Source of the DNA: a plasmid
Sequence record: NZ_CP023526.1
DNA: 64,000 nt
Direction: 5' to 3' (one strand)
The translations under genes and the position numbers were made by a program. Positions 24,410 through 35,389 of this stretch are shown in pieces (within the stretch, counting starts at the first letter, position 1; each line of letters opens with the position of its first letter). A model generated the notes under the pieces. The model worked only from the letters and a program-made list of their open reading frames with translations. It ran no database searches and was not told where the DNA came from.

Positions 24410-25789
24410 ATGAAACTTTTACCTCTTCCTGTCTGCCTCGCCGTACTCCTCTGCGCAGGCTGCGGCAATATGTTAAAAAGTAAGTATCAACGCCCACACA
24501 TTCACTATCCTGACCACTGGCAGAATGAAACCGTCGGTACCGTGCCCGCCCCATTTATCTGGCAGGATTTCCGCGATCCTGCACTCAACAACTGGCTGCA
24601 TCAGGTGATGACCAGAAATAATGATCTGGCCCGGGCTATGCTGCGATTCTATCGTGCGCAACTTAATGCCGAACGGACCGGCATACTCGCAACACCAGAC
24701 CTCAACTTCAGACTGAACGGCGGTGCGGAGCACGAGTTATACGGGTCATCATCCTGGCAAGATAAAAGCGGTACATCGCTGAGCACCCGATATGAGGTGG
24801 ATCTGTGGGGTAAGCTTGCCCGAGCGCAGGATGCTGCAGAGTGGCTAAGCCGGGCAAGTGAACAGGATTTACGGGCAGCCCGACTCACCTTGCTGGCAAA
24901 CGCCAGCACGAACTACTGGCGAATTGGCTACCTCAATCAACAGATCAGCATAAGCCAGGAAAGTCTTGAATACGCGAAGAAAACGCGCCAACTCGCCAGC
25001 GCCCGATTCCATGCGGGTAAAATATCTCCCCTGGATGTGGTTAATGCAGAGCAAAATGTCCTGAAGCAGGAAGATCGCCTTCTGACGCAGCAGTACCAGC
25101 GCCAGCAGGCGCTGAATGAACAGACCGTGCTGCTGGGAGCCCCGCCAGGAAAAACAGTTGTTGAACCGGGAAGTCTGTCGCAAGGGCCACTGCCGCAGAT
25201 TAACAATGGAATTCCGGTCAGCATACTGAGCCGCAGGCCTGACGTGAATGCAGCAGAGATGCGCCTGCGCGCGGCACTGTCCGACATTGACGCCAGACGC
25301 ACGCAATATTATCCGTCATTCACCCTGACAGGTACGCTGGGCACAAGCAGCAGCGCATTACTGACATTTCTGAGCAATCCCGTCGCCGGCATCGGAGCCA
25401 GCCTGACGTTACCCTTCCTGGAATGGCGAAAAATGAGTGTGGACGTCAATATTGCCCAAAACGACTACGAACAACGTGCTCTGGAATTTACGCAAACCCT
25501 CTATAAGGCGATGTCTGATGTAGATAATGCACTGTCTCTGCGCGCGCAACTGATGGCTCAGGAAACGCATCTCCAGACGACACTGGCGCTAGCACGCAAG
25601 TCCGAACGGCTGAATGAGGTACGTTATCGCCAGGGGGCTGTCACCATCACTGACTGGCTGAATGCTCAGGAACAGCGCCGGCAGACAGAATCAGCGCTCA
25701 ACGAAAATCGGTTTAATCAGTACCAGAATATGGCGAAAATTTATCTCGAATTTGGAGGGGAAGGTAAGGAAGTCTTTTTACACAACTAA
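24410..25789 (+). CDS. Outer-membrane factor lipoprotein (TolC/NodT family)
   Basis: Lipobox LLCAGCG, 459 aa, two-repeat OMF architecture. Four nt after the macB stop. Confidence 0.8.
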   Translation: MKLLPLPVCLAVLLCAGCGNMLKSKYQRPHIHYPDHWQNETVGTVPAPFIWQDFRDPALNNWLHQVMTRNNDLARAMLRFYRAQLNAERTGILATPDLNFRLNGGAEHELYGSSSWQDKSGTSLSTRYEVDLWGKLARAQDAAEWLSRASEQDLRAARLTLLANASTNYWRIGYLNQQISISQESLEYAKKTRQLASARFHAGKISPLDVVNAEQNVLKQEDRLLTQQYQRQQALNEQTVLLGAPPGKTVVEPGSLSQGPLPQINNGIPVSILSRRPDVNAAEMRLRAALSDIDARRTQYYPSFTLTGTLGTSSSALLTFLSNPVAGIGASLTLPFLEWRKMSVDVNIAQNDYEQRALEFTQTLYKAMSDVDNALSLRAQLMAQETHLQTTLALARKSERLNEVRYRQGAVTITDWLNAQEQRRQTESALNENRFNQYQNMAKIYLEFGGEGKEVFLHN

Positions 25790-26039
25790 AAACGACTCAG
25801 ACACTGCTGTGGGGCGAAAAAAGTGAGTTTGCTGTTTTATTGCCCTGCCAGCCGGGATACTAAACCGGCTATCATCATCTCGTCCTGATTTTAAAGAAAA
25901 AGCCTGCCAGATACACAAGGCAACCTTTCGTGCACTTGTGCCTGCTGAAAAGGAAGGGGGCTGATGGCGACATGCTGCAGCCTGTTAAGATTAGAAGGTT
26001 GATCTATCAGACAGGATTCATTGCACCTGCACTAAAATG

Positions 26040-26290
26040 AGTCTGGCGACTTAAGCCGCTTCACCTCAGGGACTTCCATACCGTCAAACTGCTTGTGCCA
26101 GCTGCATAAGGTGGCGTCTGAAATAGCGTGCTTGCGACAGACGCTGCAGCTCCGTCACGCCCGGATAGGCAAATTTTTTCTTCCTGCTGTAAAGGTCCCT
26201 TCAGAAACGCCCATACTTCTGCAGACTTCCCCGACGCGAGTGCCCGTTAGTACTATTTTCAGGGAGGACATCAAGAGGAGATCACAGTCT
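26040..26290 (-). pseudogene. IS3-family OrfA fragment with internal stop
   Basis: Reverse complement encodes ...TGTRVGEVCRSMGVSEGTF...*...LCSWHKQFDGMEVPEVKRLK, paralleling the OrfA at 49340-49496. Confidence 0.45.
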
Positions 26291-26493
26291 CATCCCATTT
26301 GCACATCGATTGAAATGACTCCCTGACTCCACGCGCCACCCTAACCATTTGATTATTAATGAATTAAAATAACATTATCGTTTATCAATAATTTAATATT
26401 GCACTATTATTGTTATTCGATAATAATCCATGTTGCAAATTGACCTTCAGGAAGTATGGCAACGGATAAATTGAGCAGCTACAGACAAATTTT

Positions 26494-27057
26494 GTGAACA
26501 AAATATCTACAAATTATATGGGTAAGAAGAAAATGGTTAGCAAATCAAAAATGATATTTTGGTGTAGATTTATGGAGATCGCATTATTGATCGGCCTGAT
26601 TTCCACACCAATACTCGGTCAGGTATTTTCCTGGCTTCAGGCCGGAAATGACGTTCCGGTCATGGGTGGTGTAATACATAAAGAATTCGAGATATTTCCG
26701 GGAAGTCATCCTAATACAGCAGCATCAGCTATTTGTAATCTTTTGAGGGATTGTATTTTCAGTTTAATGTTTTGGCATTTTTATAAAGTGTTTAAAGATA
26801 TCCGAGCGGGAGTGGTTTTCAGTCAACAACAGATAAAACGCATTTCCATTTCTGGATGGTGTTTTATTGTGCTATCCATATATTCAATCATTAGCGATAT
26901 GTTTTTATCATTATTACAAAGCCCCGAAGAAAATCGGCAATACTATTTCCAGGTTGATAATTTAATTTATACACCAATAGGTATTGGGCTGGTGATACTT
27001 AGCTATGTACTTCAGCTGGCAACAGAAATAAAAGAAGAACAGGAATTGGTGATCTAA
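26494..27057 (+). CDS. DUF2975-like multi-TM membrane protein
   Basis: AT-rich; 4-5 TM segments. Immediately followed (2-nt gap) by a small HTH gene, the conserved DUF2975 + YozG-like pairing (established-knowledge recollection). Confidence 0.55.
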   Translation: MNKISTNYMGKKKMVSKSKMIFWCRFMEIALLIGLISTPILGQVFSWLQAGNDVPVMGGVIHKEFEIFPGSHPNTAASAICNLLRDCIFSLMFWHFYKVFKDIRAGVVFSQQQIKRISISGWCFIVLSIYSIISDMFLSLLQSPEENRQYYFQVDNLIYTPIGIGLVILSYVLQLATEIKEEQELVI

Positions 27058-27058
27058 T

Positions 27059-27265
27059 ATGTCAATCATCATAAAACTTGACATAATGTTGAAATCAAAA
27101 AAAATGACAGCTAAAGAACTGGCTCAGGCTATAGGTATTACTGAAGCCAATCTTTCAATCCTTAATAGTGGAAAAGCAAAGGCCATACGATTTTCAACGC
27201 TGGAAGCAATATGCAGTGTGTTAAATTGTCAGCCTGGGGATATTATAAAATACAATCCTGATTAA
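27059..27265 (+). CDS. Small XRE/Cro-type HTH transcriptional regulator (YozG-like)
   Basis: 68 aa; MTAKELAQAIGITEANLSILNSGKAKAIRFSTLEAICSVLNCQPGDI. Confidence 0.7.
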   Translation: MSIIIKLDIMLKSKKMTAKELAQAIGITEANLSILNSGKAKAIRFSTLEAICSVLNCQPGDIIKYNPD

Positions 27266-27266
27266 T

Positions 27267-27291
27267 TTGTTGGTTGGTTGGTTGGTTGGTT
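27267..27291. repeat. Tetranucleotide simple-sequence repeat (TTGG)5
   Basis: ttg ttgg ttgg ttgg ttgg ttgg tt, read directly. Lies between the HTH gene and the promoter region of the 27442 gene. Confidence 0.9.
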
Positions 27292-27441
27292 TCTAAATAT
27301 TGGCATTTAAGATAACGAACCAGTCAATCATTTTTATAAATTCACTATTTTAATTCTCTTTTTAATTTCATATGAGAATATTAAATTAGCACTTTTTGTC
27401 ACACTTGCATTAGAGAGACAATAATTATTAATGGAGTCATT

Positions 27442-28182
27442 ATGAAATTAAATTTATTAAGAAACTGCATTTTTTGCCTTGTCAGTTTATCTGGAACTGG
27501 TCAGGCACCCAGTAAAGATATTGTAACTGAGGTATATGTAAATTCTATTTACTCAGCTATCCGTCAGGAATGGACAGTGCTCGAGAATGTATGTGACACG
27601 CACGTGCATCGAAAACTCAGACTCATTGTTACTGATAACCATAATGCCTGGGCAATAGACAGTAAGAGCCTAACGAAGCTTCCTTACAGCGAGAAACAAC
27701 GTCATTTACCTCTTGAATATATGCATTGTATGAAAATTCAAGGGTCTGGTGGTCGGTCAACAATTTCTGCTAGTTTAGAGGCTACTCTTCCACCGGAAAA
27801 AAATGCACATTTTCAGACTGAGACAAAACCAGTTCCAGCTCTGTTTAACGTGGCCACTCATGAAGATTTTCATTTTTTTGCACCGACGAATGTATGGAAA
27901 AAAACATCACCAGATAATGATTCACAGGCAACACCTTACCCAGCTCAGACTTCCCCCAGATTCTATCTTAGCAATATTATTCGGCCTTTATATACTTCTT
28001 TGCGGGGAGAACAAAATGGACTGGATCACGTGCGATTTTGGTTTAACCAGCGGAAGAAACTATACCCAGATGATGCAAGCCACATCAGGAAAACCAATAT
28101 TTATGAAGGCGGTGCATGGTATGTTGAAATTGATGCGAAAATTATTGCGGAAGGCAAACGCTTCAACACATCAGAGTTTTAA
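27442..28182 (+). CDS. Secreted hypothetical protein, 246 aa, with signal peptide
   Basis: MKLNLLRNCIFCLVSLSGTGQA signal. No family recognised. AT-rich. Confidence 0.6.
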   Translation: MKLNLLRNCIFCLVSLSGTGQAPSKDIVTEVYVNSIYSAIRQEWTVLENVCDTHVHRKLRLIVTDNHNAWAIDSKSLTKLPYSEKQRHLPLEYMHCMKIQGSGGRSTISASLEATLPPEKNAHFQTETKPVPALFNVATHEDFHFFAPTNVWKKTSPDNDSQATPYPAQTSPRFYLSNIIRPLYTSLRGEQNGLDHVRFWFNQRKKLYPDDASHIRKTNIYEGGAWYVEIDAKIIAEGKRFNTSEF

Positions 28183-28694
28183 CATGTTGTGATAACGAAA
28201 ATGAAACAAGAAGTAGATTCTATCTACACGCACTCTGATTCGGAAAGCCATCTCATTGGTACCCTTTCAGGATTTGTTCTGGATATGAAAAATTGAAATG
28301 GTAATCACGCGTTTTACAGGGTTTCGACAGAACCTTTTCAACAGTATTTAATCCTCATAATTTATAACAACAGAAAGAGGTAACATGTGATGTTGAAATT
28401 TATTATCCTCTATTTTCAATAACGCATATATGATCCCGGAATAAATACACATTGGCTGCAGTTATATCCTGTCAAAGATAGAACATAGCAGCCATCAATA
28501 ATATTTTTATGTATGTACTCTCCCGTCATGAGCCGACAGACTTAATAATACAAGTGAAGAAAACAGAATTTTCAGATACCTTCTTCTTATCATAGCTAAT
28601 ACCTTCGCAGTCCGGTTCCCCCCATAGAGGGAACCGGATAATAACAATAAAATAGAGAGTGAATATTTTTATTCATTTCTGAATGAACAGGCGT

Positions 28695-30365
28695 TTACTG
28701 CATCAGCATCAGCTGGTCTTCTTTTCTGTACTCAAAAACAGCATCAGCTTCAGGCGTCTGTGGCAGCGTTAACCGAATAACAGGCACGATTCGTCCTGAA
28801 AAAATCTTAAATTCAGACTGATCCTTTTGTGCGCTTTTCAGCGCATCAGGATGCCCGGGGAGATAAAAGAAAGCCTCCAGTGGAATATCTTTCTTCATTT
28901 TTGGCCATGCCTCCAGCCTTAATTCATTTTGTTCACTAAATGATTTGTTATCTTTCTGGCTGTTCAATGCTTTCATTGCATCCAGCATTACAGTAAATCC
29001 TTTTTTCGCCCCCAGAAAGGAGTTAATTTCATCATGAAGTATAAAACCACAGAAGTCATGCTCAGTCTTAGCATTCTCATATACCATTTTGACCCAGTCA
29101 TTACCGGTTTTAATATTAAATTCCAGTTTATCGCAGTCTAGCCTGGAGTTGCTTGCCGGCCCGCATCCTTTATTGCTCCGATTGCCGGTTCCGGCGTCAA
29201 GAGGGTATCCACAAAGGATATTAATGCTGGCCTGACCATGAGAAAAATGTTCCGGATAAAATATAAAACCGGTACTATCATCAAAAGAAAGACGTTTGAA
29301 TTTTGCATCTTTTCTCAAATAGGAGAAAGATATACCGCCATTTTTCAGGCTTTCAGGAGATGCCTCCCATGAGTGATAAGTACGATTGAGGTTACCACTG
29401 GTTCCCCGGATAACCACGCCGGAACATTTAGCTGCGATATCATAATCACCATTCCCGCACGATTCTGCTGTATTATTATAATCCTGAGTTATCTGGCAGG
29501 CTATTTTCTCCCCTCCAGATTTTTCTGCACACTCGGACTTCATGACCTGCTCATCGGCATGGTAACTGAAAGGTTTTTCATTTCTTGCTGTAAAGCGAAT
29601 AATCGGGATGTTCAGATTATTTTTCAGAAACAGGGCTCTGTCATTTTGTCGTCCAGTAAGGGCTTTTTTATCTCCATCCTGATAGAGCAGTGCTTCCATG
29701 TGTAGATTATTTACGTCATCAGCAATTGACGTCGGCCAGTACCGATACCAGATCTGCATCGGCAGGTTACCCGGGCTTGCTCTGTTCAGATCCATCGCAA
29801 GTTTAAATTCCCGATGAATAAGGACGCTGAGCGAGCATTCTCCGTCCCATGACCAGCCTGCCTCACCCGGCCCCGGGATCAGACTGTTGCAGGTGGAATT
29901 ATCCGTATCTTCATTATTATGGGGAACGGAAGCGGGTTTGCCGCATCCAAACGCCTCCCTTGTAATGGTGTAGTCCACAGGAGACGGACGGACGCAGGCT
30001 GCTGATACGGATTTCCCGTCAGCTAACGCATACTGACCCCCGAGAATTTCTCCCGTCATATTATCCGGTGGATACTTCAGGTCATGGCGTAAAAATAATA
30101 CATCAGCAGCGCTCATCCTGTGCTCCGTATCATTGGTATGCTTGGGTCTCAACAACACTCCGCTGCAGGTCAGCGCCGATAACACATGACCTTTACTGTC
30201 AGTACAGTTGGTCACAGTGGATGCCCACCGCTCATTCAGTGCGTTAGCAACCTTATCGCCGGTGTCCTCAGCGTGAACGGGAGATATCAGCATACCTCCC
30301 GCAAGAACCAGTCCGGACAGATGAAAGAAGCCTTTGTGCAAATAACTCATAGGAATCAGCCTCAA
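28695..30365 (-). CDS. Secreted Cys-rich hypothetical protein, 556 aa (paralogue A)
   Basis: Signal peptide ...LAGGMLISPVHA. Shares long blocks with 44953-46623 (AACVRPSPVD...AFGCGKPA...DTDNSTCNSLIPGPGEAGWSWDGECSLSVLIHREFKLAM). Confidence 0.7.
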   Translation of the reverse strand: MRLIPMSYLHKGFFHLSGLVLAGGMLISPVHAEDTGDKVANALNERWASTVTNCTDSKGHVLSALTCSGVLLRPKHTNDTEHRMSAADVLFLRHDLKYPPDNMTGEILGGQYALADGKSVSAACVRPSPVDYTITREAFGCGKPASVPHNNEDTDNSTCNSLIPGPGEAGWSWDGECSLSVLIHREFKLAMDLNRASPGNLPMQIWYRYWPTSIADDVNNLHMEALLYQDGDKKALTGRQNDRALFLKNNLNIPIIRFTARNEKPFSYHADEQVMKSECAEKSGGEKIACQITQDYNNTAESCGNGDYDIAAKCSGVVIRGTSGNLNRTYHSWEASPESLKNGGISFSYLRKDAKFKRLSFDDSTGFIFYPEHFSHGQASINILCGYPLDAGTGNRSNKGCGPASNSRLDCDKLEFNIKTGNDWVKMVYENAKTEHDFCGFILHDEINSFLGAKKGFTVMLDAMKALNSQKDNKSFSEQNELRLEAWPKMKKDIPLEAFFYLPGHPDALKSAQKDQSEFKIFSGRIVPVIRLTLPQTPEADAVFEYRKEDQLMLMQ

Positions 30366-31117
30366 ATGTTAAATAAACTGGGGGAAATAATAATATTTAT
30401 ATTCAGTGACATAGCCGGGAAAATATTCACAATAATTGTAACGGCTTGCAATCTATCTCACCGGCTCACAATAACTGCACTCGTCGCTTCCGCGGCATCA
30501 AATGATTTTCTTTCGCAAAAAACCGCATATGTTGAATGTCTACATCAGACTCAATGCGTGCCAGGAGAGCATGATAAAACGTGGGGCAGTCGACCAACGC
30601 CTTAGTTGTTATCACAATGGAAAACTATTTTGCTGTGTATGGGATCTGATGCTCGGTGGAACGAAAACTCACGTTAAGGGATTTTGGTAATGCGATGACA
30701 AAAAAGACTACGTGCCCCAAAAGGGGTTTGAGGGCCAATGGGGGCTTACGCCAGAAACTCAGAAAATTCCGTCACCAAAGATAAAGACAGCCTGATCTGT
30801 ATGACGTTGAATTAATAACGGGTTATGTCCAAATTTAAAACGTCAGAATCGTCATTTAAGGGGCCAGTCTGGATATCGGAATTATTATAGGGATGGCCTG
30901 TTTTTCGGGCAGGCTACGCGATCGTAATAGGGTCAACCCCCGCGCTATACGGTTCCAGGTGTGAATTTGGTCTAAGCGGACAACCTCTACGCGATATAGC
31001 AACAACGATAACTTAAAATCGACAGCCGACTGATATCCACCCAATCCCTTATGTACCTTGACTGGTTGAATAATGTGCTTGACGTACAAAATTTTCCGTT
31101 TTGCCAACGGGGCCGTA

Positions 31118-31240
31118 CAAAATCGAGGGGAGCCTTACTCCGGATGTAGTCAGATTGCTAACGAATAAAACTGTTTCCAGGCGGCCATATTTTCTGCGCT
31201 TTTCATCTGTCTTTTTTAAGCATCCGGTGCAACATAATAT
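31118..31240. repeat. ~125-bp dispersed repeat, copy 2
   Basis: See 19936-20060. Confidence 0.6.
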
Positions 31241-31362
31241 GTGTCAGAGATTAACGTCGGAATAAATGCCCACAATAATAAAAAAAAGCCCTGAATTTAA
31301 ACAGGGCTCAATCAGAAACCAGTCACGAACTCATAACAACGGGATTTAACACAGATACAGGA

Positions 31363-31933
31363 ATGCTCTTTCGCACAAAGTATAGATGCACTCAAAGTAG
31401 CCGTATAAAAACCAGGACTTTTCTATTACTTAGCAATATACCAGGACAGTTCGCCTGGAGGATGTCACGACAAGTAAGCCCACCCAGCAGCCCACCAATA
31501 TTTTGCTACCGTTACTCTGCCAGCATTGCCTGTCCGCCACACGGTGATACAAGCCGCATCCGCCAGCCCGGGTCAACCCCCCGGGCTGGCGGTGAGCCTC
31601 ACCCTCAGCGAAGCGTACGTGGCAACCCTGGTCTCAGGAAGTCCCCATTTTGGTCTCGATGACCAGCCCACCGGGGTAGTGACGGAGAGCGAGGTCGGGT
31701 TTAGCCAGCAGCAGGCGACAGCATGACTGTGTGATACTGCCGTGAACGGCCGGGGCGCTGGCATGCAGGTCATAATTCGCCATCATACGGATAAACGGCG
31801 TGATATCACCGGTCACCCGAAAGGACACTGGCGGCTGTAGGACACCCTCCCCGTTAAAGGCCGTATTCAGCACCTCTTTTCCATCCATAACCCGTTCTCC
31901 TGCCTGAAGCAGGGTATCTACCCGGTGCCCCAC
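31363..31933. pseudogene. Fragments of the rpn-associated module (gene X C-terminus and a downstream conserved segment)
   Basis: - ORF 31634-31933 (...VSFRVTGDITPFIRMMANYDLHAS) matches the C-terminus of 61024-61650. + ORF 31526-31726 matches 60590-60700. The coding strand of the latter segment is ambiguous. Confidence 0.4.
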
Positions 31934-31959
31934 TCTTTCGGCACTGTTGCGCAGATCGC

Positions 31960-32140
31960 TGCGCTGATAAATTTTGCTGTCGTTTTAACCAGTGACGGTA
32001 TTCATGAACATATTCAAAGGTCGGCATTTTCAGCGTGAAATAATCCTGTGGGGGCGAGATGTATCTGGTAAACCGAGTTTTTGAAATGTAAAGCCTTTCA
32101 ATAAGAAAAAGGCTACCTTATCGCTAACTTTGCAACAGTA
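31960..32140 (+). mobile_element. IS6-family (IS26-like) terminal fragment (IR plus degenerate transposase 3' end)
   Basis: Reverse complement of 32110-32140 is ggtactgttgcaaagttagcgataaggtagc, versus IS26 GGCACTGTTGCAAAGTTAGCGATGAGGCAGC. Adjoining ~150 bp also aligns but is frameshifted. Confidence 0.55.
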
Positions 32141-32556
32141 CCTGATCGGGTACAGCAAGGGGGATATTCATCAGTCTGGATGGAGAGGCCAGAGTAGCGT
32201 GCCTGGCCATCGGGCGTGACGAGAGTGCAATAACCCCGGGTGTTATCCAGAGAGTCAGGCTGCCGCGTTACTTCAGGCCGGCTTCGTATCGTGTCAGTTG
32301 GTAACCCTTTCTGGCGTTGTGTTTATGCGACATCCTTAACATATCTCAGAATGGGCAAGTGTTGATTCGACCCATTTAGCCATCTATGCACCAACGCCCA
32401 CTGATGCCGTTCAAGTTGGAGGCGTCCATTTCATAAGAGCCGCATTAACAGTAAGCGTCGTTGGAACTACAGCCAGACTGGCCAGAGCAACGAATATATC
32501 AGCATTCAGCATCAGCGCCTCATACACGCTGATGCTATGTGCTTTCAGGGCTGGAA

Positions 32557-33150
32557 CTATCGGACAATATTTGTATCAATAGCTTGATAGAAAGCATTGC
32601 CAGTATCGGCAATATCCCACACAGCCAGAATTACGTGGTAACCGGTATGTCCTGCCGGAACAACGCATGAATGGCTCACTGATGAGCCGGGGAGATTTTC
32701 GTTTCCATCAATTTGACAAAAAGGAGTCAGTTCGAAGGCACCACGACTTAAAGGTTTGGATGAATCCCACCCTTGTTTGGTGATGAAATATCTCCAACTA
32801 GTGGTTTTGTGGCGCGCAGTCAGCGTCCAGACGAAGGTATTACTTCCCGGATGTAATGTGACTTTTGACCATCGGGTAGCGGACTGTTGGTTGAGTTCCG
32901 GGAAGCGTGAATTACCGCCGCTGGCCAAAACCCCATCAACCGGGCCTGCAGTGGGAAATCCTTTCACCCCCTCCACGCTTTGAGGTTCGTACTGAACAGC
33001 ACCGCAACCCGTATTAATGCCTTTGTTACATAACAAAGAGCGGCTTTCTGGCATGGAAACATAGCCATGGGCCAGAGCCTGCTGTGTTACACCGGTACAG
33101 AGAGACAATGTTATCGCCACACCAAATAATTTACGTGTAATAGTATTCAT
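32557..33150 (-). CDS. AA10 lytic polysaccharide monooxygenase / chitin-binding protein (CBP21-like), single domain
   Basis: Signal peptide ending ALA, then mature N-terminal His (HGYVSMPESRSLLC). Near-colinear with Serratia CBP21 as recalled (GFPTAGPVDG...WSKVTLHPGSNTFVWTLTARHKTTSWRYFITK...HVILAVWDIADTGNAFYQAIDTNIVR). Confidence 0.85.
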   Translation of the reverse strand: MNTITRKLFGVAITLSLCTGVTQQALAHGYVSMPESRSLLCNKGINTGCGAVQYEPQSVEGVKGFPTAGPVDGVLASGGNSRFPELNQQSATRWSKVTLHPGSNTFVWTLTARHKTTSWRYFITKQGWDSSKPLSRGAFELTPFCQIDGNENLPGSSVSHSCVVPAGHTGYHVILAVWDIADTGNAFYQAIDTNIVR

Positions 33151-33733
33151 TTAAAAATCCTTATCTAAAAATGTATTCTGAGTGTTAATGTCAACGTCAG
33201 GCATCTATCATAAACGTGCGGAGCTTATTGCCACACAACACGGTGAAAAGTATATTTATTCCAACCTCTCATGATGCATGACATGTTTTTAATATATCAA
33301 TACTTTATGTCTGGATGTGTTTTTTAATTTGGAAACTCCTTGTGACTTAATGACTTGATTTATTTTCAGTGTCATTCCCATAGTAATATATAAAAAACCC
33401 TCTTCTCTCCACATGAGAAGAACCCCATTTGTTGCAAGTACTAGCTGCATCCTCCGCATCTTATTTCCTGTAGCGTTAAAATAATTCGATATATCGCACT
33501 CCATCATGTATGACGTGGGGATATAAACATTTCGAATGACTTTATGGTTTAGAGTGTAGAGGGCGAAATTGTACTCTGGCTAATTAATTAAATATCCTGG
33601 ATGTTATTTTTTTGATTATAAAAATTAAATCTGGACGTGAAATTATTATTTATAATACTACTGGTGACTGGAGGGCTCCTTCTCTGGTAAAGGCCATATT
33701 CAGCGACTCTTTTTCGGTCCAACCCCCGTTCTC

Positions 33734-34192
33734 CTACGCGAAGTCGGATATCCCTCCGGCAGCCCAGACGTCGTCCTTCCGCACCCCCGAGGCACAGGTC
33801 AGCCAGCAGGTGAGGAACAGATTCTCAGCACGGGGTGTACCGACGGTGCCACCCTGCCGGACCAGTGAGAAAACAACGGAGGTGCAGAACGTCAGATAAG
33901 AGAGTGCTGCGACGGTGTTCCAGGCTAATTCTGCGTCCATGTATTCTGACAAGGGCTGTCCTGGCGAAGAATTAATGGCAGATTTGCGCGAGGTCGTCGC
34001 CATCAGGCCGGTCATTTTTATCTCCATGCTGCTGTCAATACCGTTTTGCAGCATGGTACGGGCAATTTTCAGCATCGCTTCCCGTTCGCCCTTTTCTATA
34101 CCGCATTGTTCACCAAACTGAATACCTTCTATACGACCCGGCTCAATGTCCTTCTGTTCGGGCTGTTGTGTGACGGTCATCTTCAACATCAC
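33734..34192 (-). pseudogene. Fused fragment: Rpn-family C-terminal repeat region joined to a gene X N-terminal fragment
   Basis: EGIQFGEQCGIEKGEREAMLKIARTMLQNG parallels EGIQLGEQRGIEKGRNEGKLEVARSLLKMG of 61670-62179. AALSYLTFC...GTPRAENLFLTCWL parallels AALSHLAFC...GTPWAENLFLTRWL of 61024-61650. Confidence 0.45.
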
Positions 34193-34499
34193 TGCAAACG
34201 CGGATCACGGTCATTTTAGACACGCCTGACAGGTAGGCAGTTTTGCACAGGGATTTTCCGTGGCCCAGCCGGAGGGGGCGTATTAATTTGTGTTTCTACG
34301 CATCGGCCACCCTGCCCAGATATTTTCCTTCGATCTTTGTCTTTCTTAATCCCTCCGCCTGTCGGTGGTGGTACAGAAAACCAACAGCGAAAAAAGCTTA
34401 GCGAGCATTGAACGGCGGCGATATGATCGATGCGATGAAGATATTGCAGTCAAGTTCTGCAGGCGTAATGTCCTGATTCATTCATGGCTGACCATATCC

Positions 34500-35110
34500 G
34501 GCTAAAGAGGGTTGTTACTTGACCAAGGGATCCCCACTGGCATTGCTGTCTTCATAGCTCGCCGGGTTATTCCCTTTATCCTTGAAGATGCAGGAAACGG
34601 TCTACGTCCCCTATGCGCAGAATAATTGCGGGACTCGATGATCTCTTTAACGATCTCGGGCGCCGAATCCATTTTTTGATAAGGAAATTGAAACCGTATT
34701 CATGTAATCAGAAACCTGTCAGCGTATCGCCAAAGTTAAAGGCATTGGTCCTAAAACAGGCACGCCCGTTGTTGTTCTTGGCACAGAAACTGAATTTAAG
34801 CATGGCCGTCACATTGCTGCATGGCCTGGTCTGGTTCCACGCCAGCACCCGAGTGATAGCAGGCAGGTACTGATGAATATGACGAAAAAAGCGACAAGCA
34901 TCTGCGGACACGTCTTATTCATGGTGCCCGCGCTGACGTCAGGGTGCCACGAATAACAATAATGGATATATGAGTCAGTGGGTTAAACAGGGAAAGGAAC
35001 GGCGCAAATTTAATAAATGGACCGGGCGGCCGCTAACAAAAACGTGAGAATAATCTGATTGATGCTGGGAAATGAGACCGGGTATCAGGCTGCAGGAAGT
35101 TAACATCCTG
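34500..35110 (+). pseudogene. Decayed 3' partial copy of the IS110-family element at 48070-49375
   Basis: 34500-34585 aligns with 48565-48650. Frameshifted transposase C-terminus (...GPKTGTPVVVLGTETEFKHGRHIAAWPGLVPRQH...). Confidence 0.55.
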
Positions 35111-35205
35111 CCAGCAGAAGTTACAACGTACTCAGGGGATGGCTTACACAGTACGGTCTGCCTCAGGGCAAAGACAATCTGCTCTTCGTTGAATTGTGAT
35201 TTTTT
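35110..35205 (-). pseudogene. IS3-family OrfA N-terminal fragment
   Basis: MIYTPCAEVVPLKKSQFNEEQIVFALRQ resembles MKKTRYTEEQIAFALKQ at 49496. Same IS110-in-IS3 arrangement as at 47060-49565. Confidence 0.35.
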
Positions 35206-35289
35206 CAACGGCACCACCTCCGCACAGGGAGTGTAGATCATGCCGTAATTCGGTTTCAGGATTGTGCAGGATTCAGAGACTGGGTTAAC

Positions 35290-35318
35290 AGGAACCCGCT
35301 TATTTTAAGCGGGTTCCT
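35290..35318. terminator. Perfect 13-bp-arm hairpin (aggaacccgctta / taagcgggttcct), possible terminator
   Basis: Read directly. No clear U-run on either strand. Confidence 0.3.
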
Positions 35319-35389
35319 GAGTAACCACCGTCGTTTTAATGCTGACTGACGATAGGAGATAAGTGTTTATGCAATTTTGTAGTCATTCA

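Noticed and set aside
27267-27291. Possible CRISPR-like repeat
   Set aside because: It is a uniform tetranucleotide microsatellite, not repeat-spacer architecture. No CRISPR array, cas gene or tRNA was found anywhere in the window on visual scan of non-coding regions.
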